NCBI GenBank assembly: GCA_963766075.1
Contig: CAVYAN010000020.1
Location: 1-30,371 of the forward strand
DNA from: an uncultured cyanobacterium
GTDB lineage: Bacteria > Cyanobacteriota > Cyanobacteriia > Leptolyngbyales > Leptolyngbyaceae
Direction: 5' to 3'
DNA length: 30,371 nt
Below are positions 9,576 to 21,881 of the stretch, piece by piece. The notes below the pieces were generated by a model. It did no database searches. It was given only the letters and a program-made list of their open reading frames with translations, and was not told the DNA's origin. The stretch's first letter is position 1; the number at the start of each line of letters is the position of its first letter. Both the position numbers and the translations under genes were made by a program.

Positions 9576-10496
9576 CTAATCCTGTCGGGGTATAGAGCGA
9601 CGGTACATCTCGCATAGATGGGCGATCGCATCAATCAGCGTCAACCGATAGTCTAGTAGAATCTCCTCACTTCTCCCCTCCAACTGCAATTGTTTGGCAA
9701 ATTCGTCCATTAGTTCCATATGCGTTTCCACCAGTTGGGAGACAGCAATATCCGCAAAAAACAACGTATTGATATAGTCATCAATCCGCTGGTTCAGCGT
9801 GCCGTCCGCATCCGCAAAATAGCGCAGAATAATTTCCCGGTAGTCGGACTTCAGACTACTGAGGAGCTCTTTACGGTCCTCCAATGATAAATTTCGGAGG
9901 AAATTTTGCGGATTACGTTTGTAATACACACCCAAGTATCCCAGGCGCTCCTTGAGTTTTTCGGTTAATCGCCGCTGTTGCAGCATCAGGAAGTTTTGGC
10001 CGCTGAGGTCGCTCACCGCATTGGTAGAAGACTCTGCTGGCCCCCAGCGACAGGACGGAGATAATCGCAAGAATTGGGCGATCGCCTGCTCAATAACATC
10101 ACTCAATCGGCCAATTTGACTGCTGTCAACCCGAACTTCTGCATTGTGATAGACAAAACTGGGCAACGGGGTTCGGAGGGGATCCTCCTCAAAAGTAGGG
10201 GCGGGAGACAACGGCAATGGCCGCACAATGACCAGCGGGAGCACCGTGGCATGGCCGTGGAGCCAGTTTGCCAGCAACGGCAAATCATCGTCCTCTTCCA
10301 GAATCAGACAGTCGAGGTGCTGCTTATCCCGATCAATCTGGTTGCAAAATTCCTCCTGGGATTGGGGTGCGATTACCGTGTGGCGATCGCCCAGCAACGC
10401 ACTCGACACGGCTGCAATCAGCCCATCCGACTTGAGGAAGTGGCAAATCAACAACTGGGGACGAGCCGCACTAGCAGAAGACGGATTCAAGATCAA
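9576..10496 (-). CDS. kaiA: Circadian clock protein KaiA, long form with N-terminal pseudo-receiver; non-ATG start, exact start uncertain
   Basis: C-terminal domain QQRRLTEKLKERLGYLGVYYKRNP...LLDYRLTLIDAIAHLCEMYRRSIPR. Lies upstream of kaiBC. Confidence 0.95.
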   Translation of the reverse strand: MILNPSSASAARPQLLICHFLKSDGLIAAVSSALLGDRHTVIAPQSQEEFCNQIDRDKQHLDCLILEEDDDLPLLANWLHGHATVLPLVIVRPLPLSPAPTFEEDPLRTPLPSFVYHNAEVRVDSSQIGRLSDVIEQAIAQFLRLSPSCRWGPAESSTNAVSDLSGQNFLMLQQRRLTEKLKERLGYLGVYYKRNPQNFLRNLSLEDRKELLSSLKSDYREIILRYFADADGTLNQRIDDYINTLFFADIAVSQLVETHMELMDEFAKQLQLEGRSEEILLDYRLTLIDAIAHLCEMYRRSIPRQD

Positions 10497-10881
10497 CCTA
10501 GACCTAAAAACACCAAAACGCCTATTCAGATGGAATAAAGACGCTCACAGCCTTTATAGCAGGAATTGCTGTCGAAATATTAAGTTTCTTTTTAGAATTT
10601 TGACATTGCATGGCCAACGCTAGCCTTGCCAAGGCTACACGTTAGGCAGAAAAAACCCGGAACTCCTCAGCTCTCGGGGACGAAGCGAACTGGGTCTAGC
10701 GCCAGGGAAACTGCAACTCTCCTGCCTGTGGTGAGAAATTCTGAATTTAAGTCGTTCATTCTCAATTTGCGATTGGATCATCGTCATAATAGAAAATGAA
10801 ATCTGGGAACTGGTCCTCCCCCGCAAGCGTTGCCTCTGAAAACGGTGACTATTATGCGTCGTTCCCTTAGGCAGGTTGCTT

Positions 10882-13800
10882 ATGTTGGCGTTGAATCCCT
10901 GTCTGAATCAATTTCTGGACCCCGTTCCCGTGGCACGGCAAACCATTTCTCTCTCTGCGGCCTTGGGGACAATGACGGGGGCAAATTGCGATCGCCTTGT
11001 GCTGCTGGACAACCATCAGTGTCCGGTGGGATTAGTCAATCTGGGTCAAATTGTCCCCCGTTGGCTCGCCTCAGACCTACACCAGGGGCAATACCCAAAG
11101 CCACAGCACTCGACAGCACAAGGCCCAAGCTACCTCAAACAGCCCATCGACCCAGACCTGGTTCTTCCGCTCAGAGTGGTGTCAGGCCACCAGCCCTTAT
11201 CTGAATTTTTATTGTCCGAATTTGGCCGGCCCGAATCATTGGCTGATGCCGCCCACTACACCGCCGTTAATGAGCAGGGCGAAGTCCTCGGATTGCTGAA
11301 TCCAGCCCGCATCCTCGGCTTCCTATCCACCCGGCTACCCGCACTGCTACAGACCGCGTCCATGCCATCCGCCCCCCGCGACAGCAGCAATCCCCAGCCA
11401 GAGGGTGTGCCCACATTCGTCAACATCAAACCACAAGCCGCTGGCTCCCTCCGGCAGCCTTTTGCTTGGCAACTTCTCGCTGCGCCTGCCCATTCAGTTG
11501 CTCCATCCCTTTCTTCCCCAGGGGATACATTGCCCACGCCTACGGCTCTGCCAGAGCCTATCGATCGGCACCCCACCTCACAAACCCCTTCTGTGCCGGA
11601 ATTATCCCAGGCAATCGCCCCGCCCCATCCAACGCTGCCCCTAGAGCCATTGCTAGAGCTATTGACGCGCCTCCCCCTCCCCTTGATGCTGCAAACGAGC
11701 AACGGACGCGTCTTGGCCCAAACCGAATTGTGGATCCAGCAAGCCGAGCAATTGCAAGAATCCCAACGCCGTCCGCCAGGAAGCCTCCTTTGTTCTTCAA
11801 GAACTGGCAGAAATTGATCCACACAGCTCAGCCCTGCTGAATGATCTAGCCGCAGAGGGGATGATTCCCACCGTCTGTCAGTTGGGGACCACACCCAATA
11901 CCTTCACCTGCATTTGTCCGCTCAAAACGGGGCAGGAGCAAATCCTACAGTTTGTTCGCATTCCCCTCGGTAGCTTACGCCTGCCGAGGGGTGCCAATGA
12001 CCAAACCGAATTACCAACGGCCACCGCCCAACCGGAACAGAACATGCAATGGTCCAACCTCTCCGAGCAGGAGTTGCCACCACTGTTTCAACTGGCGGAA
12101 TTATTGCCAACGCACCCCACCACCACTTCGTCTCCCGGATTCGAGGACCCTGCTGCGCCCCTCGCCGCCAGTGAAACACTCTGGCTAGTGCTCGCCCAAG
12201 ATGTAACAGAACAACAACAGTTGGCGCGGGAGCTGACGGCCAAAAATGCCGACTTGATTCAACTCAATCGTCTCAAGGATGAGTTTTTGGCCTGCATTAG
12301 CCATGAACTACGCACACCTTTGACGGCAGTACTGGGGTTATCGACGCTGCTGAAGGATCAAACCCTGGGGCAGCTCAACCAGCGTCAGGTTCACTATGCC
12401 CAGCTGATCTACCAAAGTGGACGGCATCTGATGACTGTGGTCAACGACATCCTAGACCTAACCCGCATGGAAACAGGACAGTTGGAACTGGTGCCAGAGC
12501 CAGTGAATATCCAAGTGGTGTGCGATCGCGCCATTGATCAAGCCAGACAATTGCGCCTACTAGACGACAAACAAGCTCCCGATGGCAATACTTACCACAT
12601 TCCAGACGTCGTCCTTGACATTGAACCCGAGTTGCAATTTATCGTGGCCGATGAGTTGCGCCTCCGGCAGATGTTGGTCCACTTATTCTCTAATGCTTTT
12701 AAATTTACTGAAACCGACCAACAAGTAGGACTCAACGTCAACCGCTGGGGGGGCTGGATTGCTTTTACAGTATGGGATACAGGGCTCGGAATCCCCGCCG
12801 ATAAGCAGCATTTAATTTTCCAGAAATTTAAACAACTGGAAAATCCCCTCACCCGTCGATTTGAAGGCACCGGTCTGGGGTTAGCCATTACCCAGCGGCT
12901 CGCACGGCTACACGGCGGCGATGTCACCTTTATTTCCAAGGAAGGCGAGGGCAGCCAATTTACAATTCTCCTGCCGCCGACGCCCCCCGATAAATCCCAA
13001 CGTCCCAGCAATGAGGTAGATGCCAATGCCAGAGCGGGAACAGACGATTTCGGCCCCCTCCCTCTATACGACCAAACCACCGATTGCTACGCCCATACAC
13101 CCTCAATATCGTCCACGGGCATCCTCGCCAACCGCAATCGACTCGTGCTGGTGGTGGAAGCGGCCCCGCAATTCGTTGAAACGATTTCAGAGCAATTGAC
13201 CGGGCTAGGGTATCGCGTCGTGATTGCGCGATCGGGAACCGAGGCATTGGAAAAGGCCCGCCGTTTGCAGCCCTGCTTAATTTTCCTCAACCCTGTTTTA
13301 CCCTTGCTATCGGGCTGGGATGTGTTGACCTTGCTTAAATCCAGCCCCACAACGTGCAAAATCCCCGTTGTGATGACCACCACGCAAGTGGATGCCGAAC
13401 CCGCCAACAGTGGCCCCGCAGATTGCTCCATCAGTCTACCCATCCAAGAAAAAATCCTGCGCCAAACCCTTCGCCAAGTTCTCCTGGAGTCCGATGGGCC
13501 TCCCGTCACCGCCACCACAGGCAAATTGACAGTGCTTCATCTCAACTCCGGGCTGTATCACCAGAATCTCCCGCAAAACCAAACCCTAGTGGATGACCTG
13601 AATCAACTCCTCCATTCCCGTCAATACCGGGTGCTGGAAGCAGATGATTTGGAACAGGCGGAACTCCTGGCACGGGTCTGGAAGCCCAAAGTGGTCATGC
13701 TCAGTGGAACAACCACCACCTGGGAACTGTATTTTCAACAGTTCAGCCAGTACACTTTTCTAGCATCCTTACCGTTGGTCACCCTTGATCAAGAAACCAC

Positions 13801-14388
13801 CCAAGCGGCCAATCAGATCCCTGGATTACTGGTTTTTCCCTGCCTTGCCCCTCTAGAACCCCAATTGGCGCGGGAGGACCTCCACGAACCCTCTGCTCTC
13901 TTACAGGTAATTCAGGTGGCAGCGGGCTATTCCTGGCAGCCGATGCTGCTGGCCCTGGATTTAGCGATGCTCCCCGGACAGGCTCCCGTACACCGATCGC
14001 CAGCGTCATTGGAAACCCTAGGCAGTTTACCCAAGGAGGCCGAATGGTTGCAGGCCCTCACCCAGTACCTAGGCACTGCCGGCTTTCGGGCGTTGATCGG
14101 GCAATCGTGGCAGGAAGTGTGGCAGCAATTAGAAACCCAAAGTGCGGATCTCCTTCTGATTGGCTGGACTGCCACCACCCTGGATAAGAGTCTGCTAGAA
14201 CGTCTCACAGCCCTACAAAGCCTGAATCCACGTCCCCCCATTTTAGTGCTCGATCATCGGCACCACGACGGCTCTACTCCGGAGATCGTGCCTCTCCCCC
14301 CGAACTTAGCGCTGTGGCCACCAAAGTTCTGCCCCCTTCAATCTCTATGTCCGAACTCCTTGAGCAAATTCATCAGGTCATGCGCTAG
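10882..14388 (+). CDS. Hybrid sensor histidine kinase: CBS-like pair, Pro-rich linker, HisKA, HATPase and three degenerate receivers; two apparent frameshifts
   Basis: H-box ISHELRTPL, N-box FSNAFKFT, G-boxes DTGLGI and GTGLGLAI. Removing one A at 11759-60 joins the two track ORFs (LQDPNAVRQEA). Adding one C to C6 at 14296-14301 gives ...ELSAVATKVLPPSISMSELLEQIHQVMR* (TAG 14386-88). Confidence 0.85.
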
Positions 14389-14430
14389 TGCCCCCATTCA
14401 GTTTCTGGCAACAACGCAGCAACTCTGGCT

Positions 14431-14521
14431 GGCTCTACTCAGCCAGTGCCTCCGCTTAGCCAGCGGCTCCACTCAGCCAGCGAGAGATTGCTCCCTTCGA
14501 CTTCGCTCAGAGAGCAATCTC
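14431..14521. repeat. Three 17-bp tandem repeats plus a 10-bp-stem hairpin between convergent genes
   Basis: GGCTCTACTCAGCCAGT / GCCTCCGCTTAGCCAGC / GGCTCCACTCAGCCAGC (14431-14481). GAGATTGCTC (14484-93) pairs with GAGCAATCTC (14512-21). Confidence 0.7.
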
Positions 14522-14550
14522 GGTCGGTATAATTTTTCCTGGAAATCGCC

Positions 14551-15762
<1,212 letters not shown>

Positions 15763-15778
15763 ATAAAATCGCCAATCG

Positions 15779-16042
15779 CTAACGCCGCTTTTTCCCGTCA
15801 GAAGGCTTTGCTGGTGCTGCTGTTGTTTCTTCGCCTTCAGCCATACCATACTTCCGCAAAAAGCGCTCGACGCGACCTTCCGTGTCAATAATCTTTTGGG
15901 TACCGGTAAAAAACGGATGATTGCCAGACCATACGTCAACATGAATTTCGGGTTTTGTGGAACCAATCGTCATCACAACCTCGCCGTTGCAATAGACTTT
16001 GGCATCGGGGTACCACTTCGGATGAATGTTTGGTTTTGCCAT
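15779..16042 (-). CDS. rpmE: 50S ribosomal protein L31
   Basis: IHPKWYP...DVWSGNHPFFTG...DTEGRVERF. Confidence 0.96.
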   Translation of the reverse strand: MAKPNIHPKWYPDAKVYCNGEVVMTIGSTKPEIHVDVWSGNHPFFTGTQKIIDTEGRVERFLRKYGMAEGEETTAAPAKPSDGKKRR

Positions 16043-16134
16043 GATAGTAAAACGGAGTTGGAGAAAACGGAATTGAAAGAGAGGAAAAAACGCTCGAAAG
16101 CTGTGACGCCTTGAGGGTAGTGCCGTCGGAATGC

Positions 16135-16542
16135 TTAACGTTTCGAGAACTGTGGCGCTTTCCGGGCCTTTTTCAAGCCGTACTTACGACGTTCCTTCGC
16201 CCGGGGATCACGGGTTAAGTAGCCTTCGACCTTCAATGGCTTCCGGTTGTCCGGATCAAGTTGGCAGAGTGCCCGGGCTACACCCATCCGGATAGCATCA
16301 GCTTGTCCAGTTAAGCCACCCCCATGGGCATTCACCAAAATATCATATTCAGCTTCTAAGCCCAGCGTTTCCAGGGGGGCACGCGTAGCCGAAAGATACT
16401 CAGCATTGAACTGGAGGTACAAATCCCCAGGCTTTCCATTAACGGTCAGTTGACCACTACCAGGAACTAGGCGCACCCGCGCTACGGATGTCTTACGGCG
16501 ACCCGTTCCTAAATAAACGACGCGACCTTCTGTTGCCTGCAT
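16135..16542 (-). CDS. rpsI: 30S ribosomal protein S9
   Basis: [20 protein letters not shown] and [19 protein letters not shown]. Confidence 0.98.
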   Translation of the reverse strand: MQATEGRVVYLGTGRRKTSVARVRLVPGSGQLTVNGKPGDLYLQFNAEYLSATRAPLETLGLEAEYDILVNAHGGGLTGQADAIRMGVARALCQLDPDNRKPLKVEGYLTRDPRAKERRKYGLKKARKAPQFSKR

Positions 16543-16994
16543 TAGTTATCTCCTGGAATGGTCTTAACTTCGAGAATTTGGGGTTTCTGAGACGCATGGG
16601 GATGATCAGCACCCGCATACACCTTTAACTTCGTAAACAATTGTCGCCCCAAGGAATTCTTGGGCAACATGCCTTTTACAGCCTGCTCAATGATCCGCTC
16701 CGGAATTCGAGCTTGAAGTTTAGCAAAGGTTTCAGTTTTCATGCCGCCGGGACGCCCCGAATGACGCCGATACAGCTTCTGACTACGCTTTTTGCCCGTA
16801 ACATCAATTTTTTCGGCATTAATGACAACAACAAAGTCGCCCACATCCATGAATGGAGTGAAATCAGGCTTGCGCTTACCCCGCAGCACCATAGCAATTT
16901 CGGTAGCCAGCCGACCGAGACGCTGATCCGCCGCATCGACGATGTACCAGTTGCGCTCCAGGGTGTCTTGGGACGGAAGGTAGGTTTTGTTCAT
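16542..16994 (-). CDS. rplM: 50S ribosomal protein L13
   Basis: [22 protein letters not shown] and KLKVYAG..HPH. Confidence 0.98.
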   Translation of the reverse strand: MNKTYLPSQDTLERNWYIVDAADQRLGRLATEIAMVLRGKRKPDFTPFMDVGDFVVVINAEKIDVTGKKRSQKLYRRHSGRPGGMKTETFAKLQARIPERIIEQAVKGMLPKNSLGRQLFTKLKVYAGADHPHASQKPQILEVKTIPGDN

Positions 16995-17109
16995 AATCAG
17001 GTCTCGGTGTGCTTCTTCGTTGGGTATTCAAACTAGATATTCAAACTGGGGACAAGTCAGGGGATCAACGTCAGTGACCACAATGTCAAAGAACTCAAAT
17101 CCCCAAGAC

Positions 17110-17982
17110 TCAAACCACCGCTGAAAGGGGGTCGCAGGCGGACAGTGAAGGCAAGCTGCAAACAGGCAATCCAAAGCTGGGCTGAGTATCGTACCAGATT
17201 TCGGGAGGGAAGGGAAAATCTGGATAGCCGACACGCAATAGACATAGTCCCTGGGGAGGGGCGGCATATTTAACCTGATCTCGCTGCTCCGTAGACCAAA
17301 TTTCCGTAAAGCCGAGCGGCGATCGCAACCCTCGCCCTACCTGCACCAAAAGACCGACCAAAAGCCGCATCATGCCGTACAGGAAGCCACTGGCTTGAAC
17401 TTCAATCGTCACGAATGGCCCCTGTCGGGTGCATTCCGCTGCCATCACATCCACCCAAGAATGGGGTCGGTTAGAACCAGCCCGATGAAAGGCAGATAAA
17501 TGATGTCGTCCCACTAAAGGCGAAAGAGCGGCCTGGATCGCCTCAAGATTCAAGGGTTCATAATAATAATGCCAAGTAAATGGCCGAACAAACAAATTAG
17601 GGCGAGCATCAGTATACAACGTATAACGATACCGCCGCCAGCTTGCCGAAAATCGAGCATGCCAACTATCCGAAACCGCCGCCGAAGCTCGAATCAAGAC
17701 ATCATCAGCAAGGCGAGAATTCAGAATATCAGCCCAGCGATGCGCCGGAATCGTAGATCGCACATCAAAATGAGCCACCTGCGCTGCCGCATGCACCCCC
17801 GAATCCGTGCGACCCGCCGCATGAATTCTGACGGACTGCCCAACCACCTGTTCTAAGACCTGCTCAATATCTTGCTGAACAGAGCGCTGCCGGGGCTGAT
17901 ACTGCCAACCGTGAAAACGAGTGCCCACGTATTGAATCACGAGAGCAACACGTTGCTGTGGTGGTAGTTCCGCCGATTGCAT
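17110..17982 (-). CDS. truA: tRNA pseudouridine(38-40) synthase
   Basis: FHGWQ, AGRTDSGVHA..QVAHFD, GFLYGMMR and APPQGLCL. Confidence 0.96.
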   Translation of the reverse strand: MQSAELPPQQRVALVIQYVGTRFHGWQYQPRQRSVQQDIEQVLEQVVGQSVRIHAAGRTDSGVHAAAQVAHFDVRSTIPAHRWADILNSRLADDVLIRASAAVSDSWHARFSASWRRYRYTLYTDARPNLFVRPFTWHYYYEPLNLEAIQAALSPLVGRHHLSAFHRAGSNRPHSWVDVMAAECTRQGPFVTIEVQASGFLYGMMRLLVGLLVQVGRGLRSPLGFTEIWSTEQRDQVKYAAPPQGLCLLRVGYPDFPFPPEIWYDTQPSFGLPVCSLPSLSACDPLSAVV

Positions 17983-17987
17983 GGCAA

Positions 17988-18338
17988 CTAAACCAACTCC
18001 AAGATGGCCATATCCGAGTTATCGCCACGTCGAGATACCGTACGCAGAATACGGGTATAGCCACCTTGGCGATCGCCGTAACGCTCCGGCGCTTGCTCAA
18101 ACAGGGCATGGACGAGTTGCTTGTCATAAACATAGCCCATCGCCTGCCGCCGTGACGCCAGAGAGCCATCCTTGGCCAAGGTAATCATACGATCAACCTC
18201 AGAACGAACAGCCTGAGCACGAACTTTAGTCGTAGTGATCCGCCCATGACGGATAACTTCAGTGGTGAGTGCCCGCAGCAACGCTTTGCGCTGGTCAGCA
18301 GGTTTACTCAGTAGGGGTACACGGCAACGGTGACGCAT
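17988..18338 (-). CDS. rplQ: 50S ribosomal protein L17
   Basis: MRHR...RKALLRAL...GRITTT...GGYTRI...RRGD. Confidence 0.98.
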   Translation of the reverse strand: MRHRCRVPLLSKPADQRKALLRALTTEVIRHGRITTTKVRAQAVRSEVDRMITLAKDGSLASRRQAMGYVYDKQLVHALFEQAPERYGDRQGGYTRILRTVSRRGDNSDMAILELV

Positions 18339-18429
18339 GATGAACGTTCCTCAGTTTCTCTACGCAATTCAAACAACAATCTAAAGCCCACGAGTGGAAG
18401 CCAGATAAACCGCTCCTACCCCGCAATGC

Positions 18430-19374
18430 TTACTCCTTTTTAGCTTTTTCCTGGGCCAAAGTGATCCCCAGACGCTGCTGCAGCGCTTCCACTACCTCTT
18501 CTGCCGACTTCGCCCCAAAGTTCTTGATTTCCAGCAAGTCTTCTTGGGTATAGTCAAGCAAATCTGCCACTGAATTAATTTGCGCCCGTTTCAGGCAATT
18601 GTAAGCCCGCACCGAAAGCTGCAATTCTTCAATCGGAATTTGATTAGAAGGATCAACCTCAGTTTCAAAGTCCGCTTCCAATGCCTCGAAAGAAATGTCT
18701 TGGAGTGGCTTAAACAAATCCACCAATATTTTGGCAGCTTCACTAAGAGCCTCCTGAGGAGTTAAACTTCCGTTGGTGGTGATTTCCATCAACAGACGAT
18801 CTTTTTCCACCGGGCCGCCATTACGAGCGTCTTCAACACTGTAGTTGACCTTGCGCACCGGCATAAAAATCGAGTCAATTTGGAGAAAATCCAAAGCAGC
18901 AGTTTCATCGCGACCCTGGAAACCACCGCGATAGCCCTTGCCCATTTCAATACGAAATTCCATCTCCAGCGTGGCACCCGGCGAAACCGTCGCGATGTAT
19001 TGATTACGATCAATAACCTCCACCTCCGACGGCAAATCAAAATGCTCTGCCGTTACCTTCGCTGGACCCTGCACCAAGAGGCGACCAATTTGAGGCTGAC
19101 TAGAATAGCTTTTCAGCACAATCTTCTTCATGTTCATGAGCATGTCTAAAACATCCTCACGCACTCCAGGAACCGTCGCAAATTCATGGTTCACGCCCGC
19201 AATTCGTACCGCTGTTACCGCCGCACCATCAAGGTTAGACAACAGAACGCGGCGTAGAGCATTTCCCAACGTTGTGCCTTGACCGCGATCCAACGGCTCA
19301 ATCACAAACTTACTGGTTTGGCTCTGATCCCGATCTGTTTTTGTTTCTACGCATTCAACCTGGAACTGTGCCAT
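18430..19374 (-). CDS. rpoA: RNA polymerase alpha subunit
   Basis: EPLDRGQGTTLGNALRRVLLS and LQLSVRAYNCLKRA...IKNFGAKS. Confidence 0.98.
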   Translation of the reverse strand: MAQFQVECVETKTDRDQSQTSKFVIEPLDRGQGTTLGNALRRVLLSNLDGAAVTAVRIAGVNHEFATVPGVREDVLDMLMNMKKIVLKSYSSQPQIGRLLVQGPAKVTAEHFDLPSEVEVIDRNQYIATVSPGATLEMEFRIEMGKGYRGGFQGRDETAALDFLQIDSIFMPVRKVNYSVEDARNGGPVEKDRLLMEITTNGSLTPQEALSEAAKILVDLFKPLQDISFEALEADFETEVDPSNQIPIEELQLSVRAYNCLKRAQINSVADLLDYTQEDLLEIKNFGAKSAEEVVEALQQRLGITLAQEKAKKE

Positions 19375-19545
19375 GTGGTATCTCCCCCGCCTTCAGCTAA
19401 CAGAACTGATCCTACAAACCTTTGCCCTAAATCGACTTCGCTTGAACATTCGAGCAAATGCCGATATGTTATGCGACTCTAGCCACGTTGCACGCCGAAA
19501 TATCTCACAGTTTTTGTGAATATCGCAACCCAATCAACAACCCAC

Positions 19546-19938
19546 TTAAACGCGACGACGTTTGGGTGGGCGGCAACCATTATGGGGGATTGGCGTCACA
19601 TCACGAATCAACGTGATTTCTAAGCCCGCACCTTGAAGCGCGCGAATAGCAGTTTCTCGCCCTGCGCCTGGACCACTAACCATAACTTCCAACTGCCTCA
19701 TACCCTGATCGGCGGCCCGTCGAGCAGCATTCTCAGCAGCCGTTTGAGCGGCGAAAGGAGTACCCTTCTTGGCTCCCTTAAAACCACTGGAACCCGCGGA
19801 CGCCCAAGAAATCACTTCGCCCTGGGTGTCTGCGATCGTAACAATGGTGTTATTAAACGTCGATTGAATGTAAGCCACGCCACTGGGCACATTCTTTTTC
19901 TGCTTACGGGGTCCGGTTTTTCTCTGTGGTCGCGCCAT
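19546..19938 (-). CDS. rpsK: 30S ribosomal protein S11
   Basis: [16 protein letters not shown] and [18 protein letters not shown]. Confidence 0.98.
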   Translation of the reverse strand: MARPQRKTGPRKQKKNVPSGVAYIQSTFNNTIVTIADTQGEVISWASAGSSGFKGAKKGTPFAAQTAAENAARRAADQGMRQLEVMVSGPGAGRETAIRALQGAGLEITLIRDVTPIPHNGCRPPKRRRV

Positions 19939-20113
19939 GTCTTGCCTGGTAAAAAAATGTATGTGAGATGAGATTGCCTAGCCCTTTTCTTGCTTGGGGC
20001 CGAAATCGAGTGACAGAATGCTGAGGCGACGCGAACAAAAGTTAAACAACCCTTTGCCGCCCCATAAAGAATGCATCTGCGAAACAATAGGTTCCACAAA
20101 ATACACAGTCCAG

Positions 20114-20497
20114 TTATTTCTTGCTTGGAGCTTTTTTCTTACCCGCTACTGTCCGACGACCGCCACGCCGGGTACGAGCATTAGTGCGAGTTCGCTGACC
20201 ACGAACAGGAAGCCCTAAGCGATGGCGACGACCACGGTAGGTGCCAATATCCATCAACCGCTTGATGTTCATCGACTCCCAGCGCCGCAAATCTCCTTCA
20301 ATCTGGTAGTTTTCTTCGACCTCTTCCCGCAACTTGGCTAGGTCGGCATCGCTCAAATCCTTAACACGAATGTCTGGATTGACACCTGTGTTTTTAATAA
20401 TGTCCTGAGCGCGACTTAAGCCAATGCCGTAAATATAGGTAAGACCGATTTCAATGCGCTTATCGCGCGGCAGGTCTACTCCAGCAATCCGTGCCAC
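20114..20497 (-). CDS. rpsM: 30S ribosomal protein S13 (GTG start)
   Basis: [15 protein letters not shown] and [16 protein letters not shown]. Confidence 0.98.
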   Translation of the reverse strand: MARIAGVDLPRDKRIEIGLTYIYGIGLSRAQDIIKNTGVNPDIRVKDLSDADLAKLREEVEENYQIEGDLRRWESMNIKRLMDIGTYRGRRHRLGLPVRGQRTRTNARTRRGGRRTVAGKKKAPSKK

Positions 20498-20641
20498 TCT
20501 ATTTCTCCCAGCTTTTCGTTACTACAACCGATGCAATGCTTTGACCATGGAACTAAACACGAACTGAATGACTTAACTTCAGACACTTGTTGATTTCCAC
20601 GCATTCCTTGCGCTGGGCCTACCTCTAAATCTGAGACAGAC

Positions 20642-20755
20642 CTAACCCTGACGCTGCTTATGCTTAGGGTTTTCGCAAATCACCATAACGCGACCCTTCC
20701 GACGGATAACGCGACACTTTTCGCAAATTTTTTTAACCGACGCCCGGACTTTCAT
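20642..20755 (-). CDS. rpmJ: 50S ribosomal protein L36 (37 aa, below the ORF-track cutoff)
   Basis: Hand translation [37 protein letters not shown], with Zn-ribbon Cys/His intact. Confidence 0.97.
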   Translation of the reverse strand: MKVRASVKKICEKCRVIRRKGRVMVICENPKHKQRQG

Positions 20756-20894
20756 GATACTTCCATCTCGCCAACATTACGAATAAAACATCCTATCAAA
20801 TGAGCAAGGACTTGTCAAATAAAAATTTATCTAGCAAGACTTAATCTTAAGAGCGACTCCCTAAAACGGATACCTCTTGAAAATGGAATAACGG

Positions 20895-21122
20895 TTATTT
20901 TTTATTTTTTAGACGATAAGTGATCCGCCCTTTGGTCAAATCGTAGGGGGTTAGCTCTACCTTGACGCGATCTCCCGGAAGAATCTTGATATAGTTCCGA
21001 CGAATTTTGCCAGAAATATGCGCCAATACATTAAACCCGTTGTCTAGGTCCACCCGGAACATAGCATTGGGCAACGATTCCATCACTGTGCCTTCCATTT
21101 CAATAAGGTCTTGTTTTGACAA
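20895..21122 (-). CDS. infA: Translation initiation factor IF-1 (TTG start)
   Basis: IEMEG...LPNAMFRV...AHISGKIR...[15 protein letters not shown]. Confidence 0.98.
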   Translation of the reverse strand: MSKQDLIEMEGTVMESLPNAMFRVDLDNGFNVLAHISGKIRRNYIKILPGDRVKVELTPYDLTKGRITYRLKNKK

Positions 21123-21320
21123 GCAGATGTCCTCAATTCAGTAGGATTTCAAACGGGGATACCGATCATAACTGATCAGCCCTTTACGAGTCTAGAGCAT
21201 TTTGAGGATTTCTGGTGAATGGATTTTGCAGCAAGAGTGCCTGCGGTGCTACGGAAACAGTCTAGTGGACACCAAGACACCCCTTAACCAAAAGACAGCC
21301 CCAGCAAAAGGTTCTTACTC

Positions 21321-21881
21321 CTACACCAGCGCCTTCAACGCCTCGGTAACAGCATTCATTGCCTGATTCCCGTCAATCGATACGAGTTGATGCCGCCCCT
21401 TATAAAAACCAATCAGTGGGGCCGTTTGGGTCTCGTAGACTTCGAGGCGGTTACGAATAACTGCCTCGGTATCGTCTGAACGCCCTTCAGCCTGTCCCCG
21501 ACTGAGTAACCGCTGCACTAAGACCTCAGACGGCACATGCAGATTTACTGCGTGGTCACAGGCTTGATTGATATCTACTAGAAGCCTGTCCAAAAACTCC
21601 GCCTGGGCAACATTCCGGGGGAAACCATCCAGAATCCACCCGGCCTGAGCATCCGCCGAACCCAAGCGCTCATGAATAAGATCAATCACCAATTGGTCAG
21701 GTACAAGCTCGCCGCGATCCATGTAGACCTTAGCCTGCATACCTAAGGCAGTCTGATTTTTAACCGCCGCTCGTAGAATATCGCCTGTTGAAATATGCGG
21801 AATCTGGCAAAAGTCAGCTAGGACCTTGGCCTGCGTGCCTTTACCCGCGCCCGGAGCACCCAAGAGAATAAAACGTACCAC
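21321..21881 (-). CDS. adk: Adenylate kinase, short-LID type (GTG start)
   Basis: [26 protein letters not shown] and RSDD. Confidence 0.97.
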   Translation of the reverse strand: MVRFILLGAPGAGKGTQAKVLADFCQIPHISTGDILRAAVKNQTALGMQAKVYMDRGELVPDQLVIDLIHERLGSADAQAGWILDGFPRNVAQAEFLDRLLVDINQACDHAVNLHVPSEVLVQRLLSRGQAEGRSDDTEAVIRNRLEVYETQTAPLIGFYKGRHQLVSIDGNQAMNAVTEALKALV

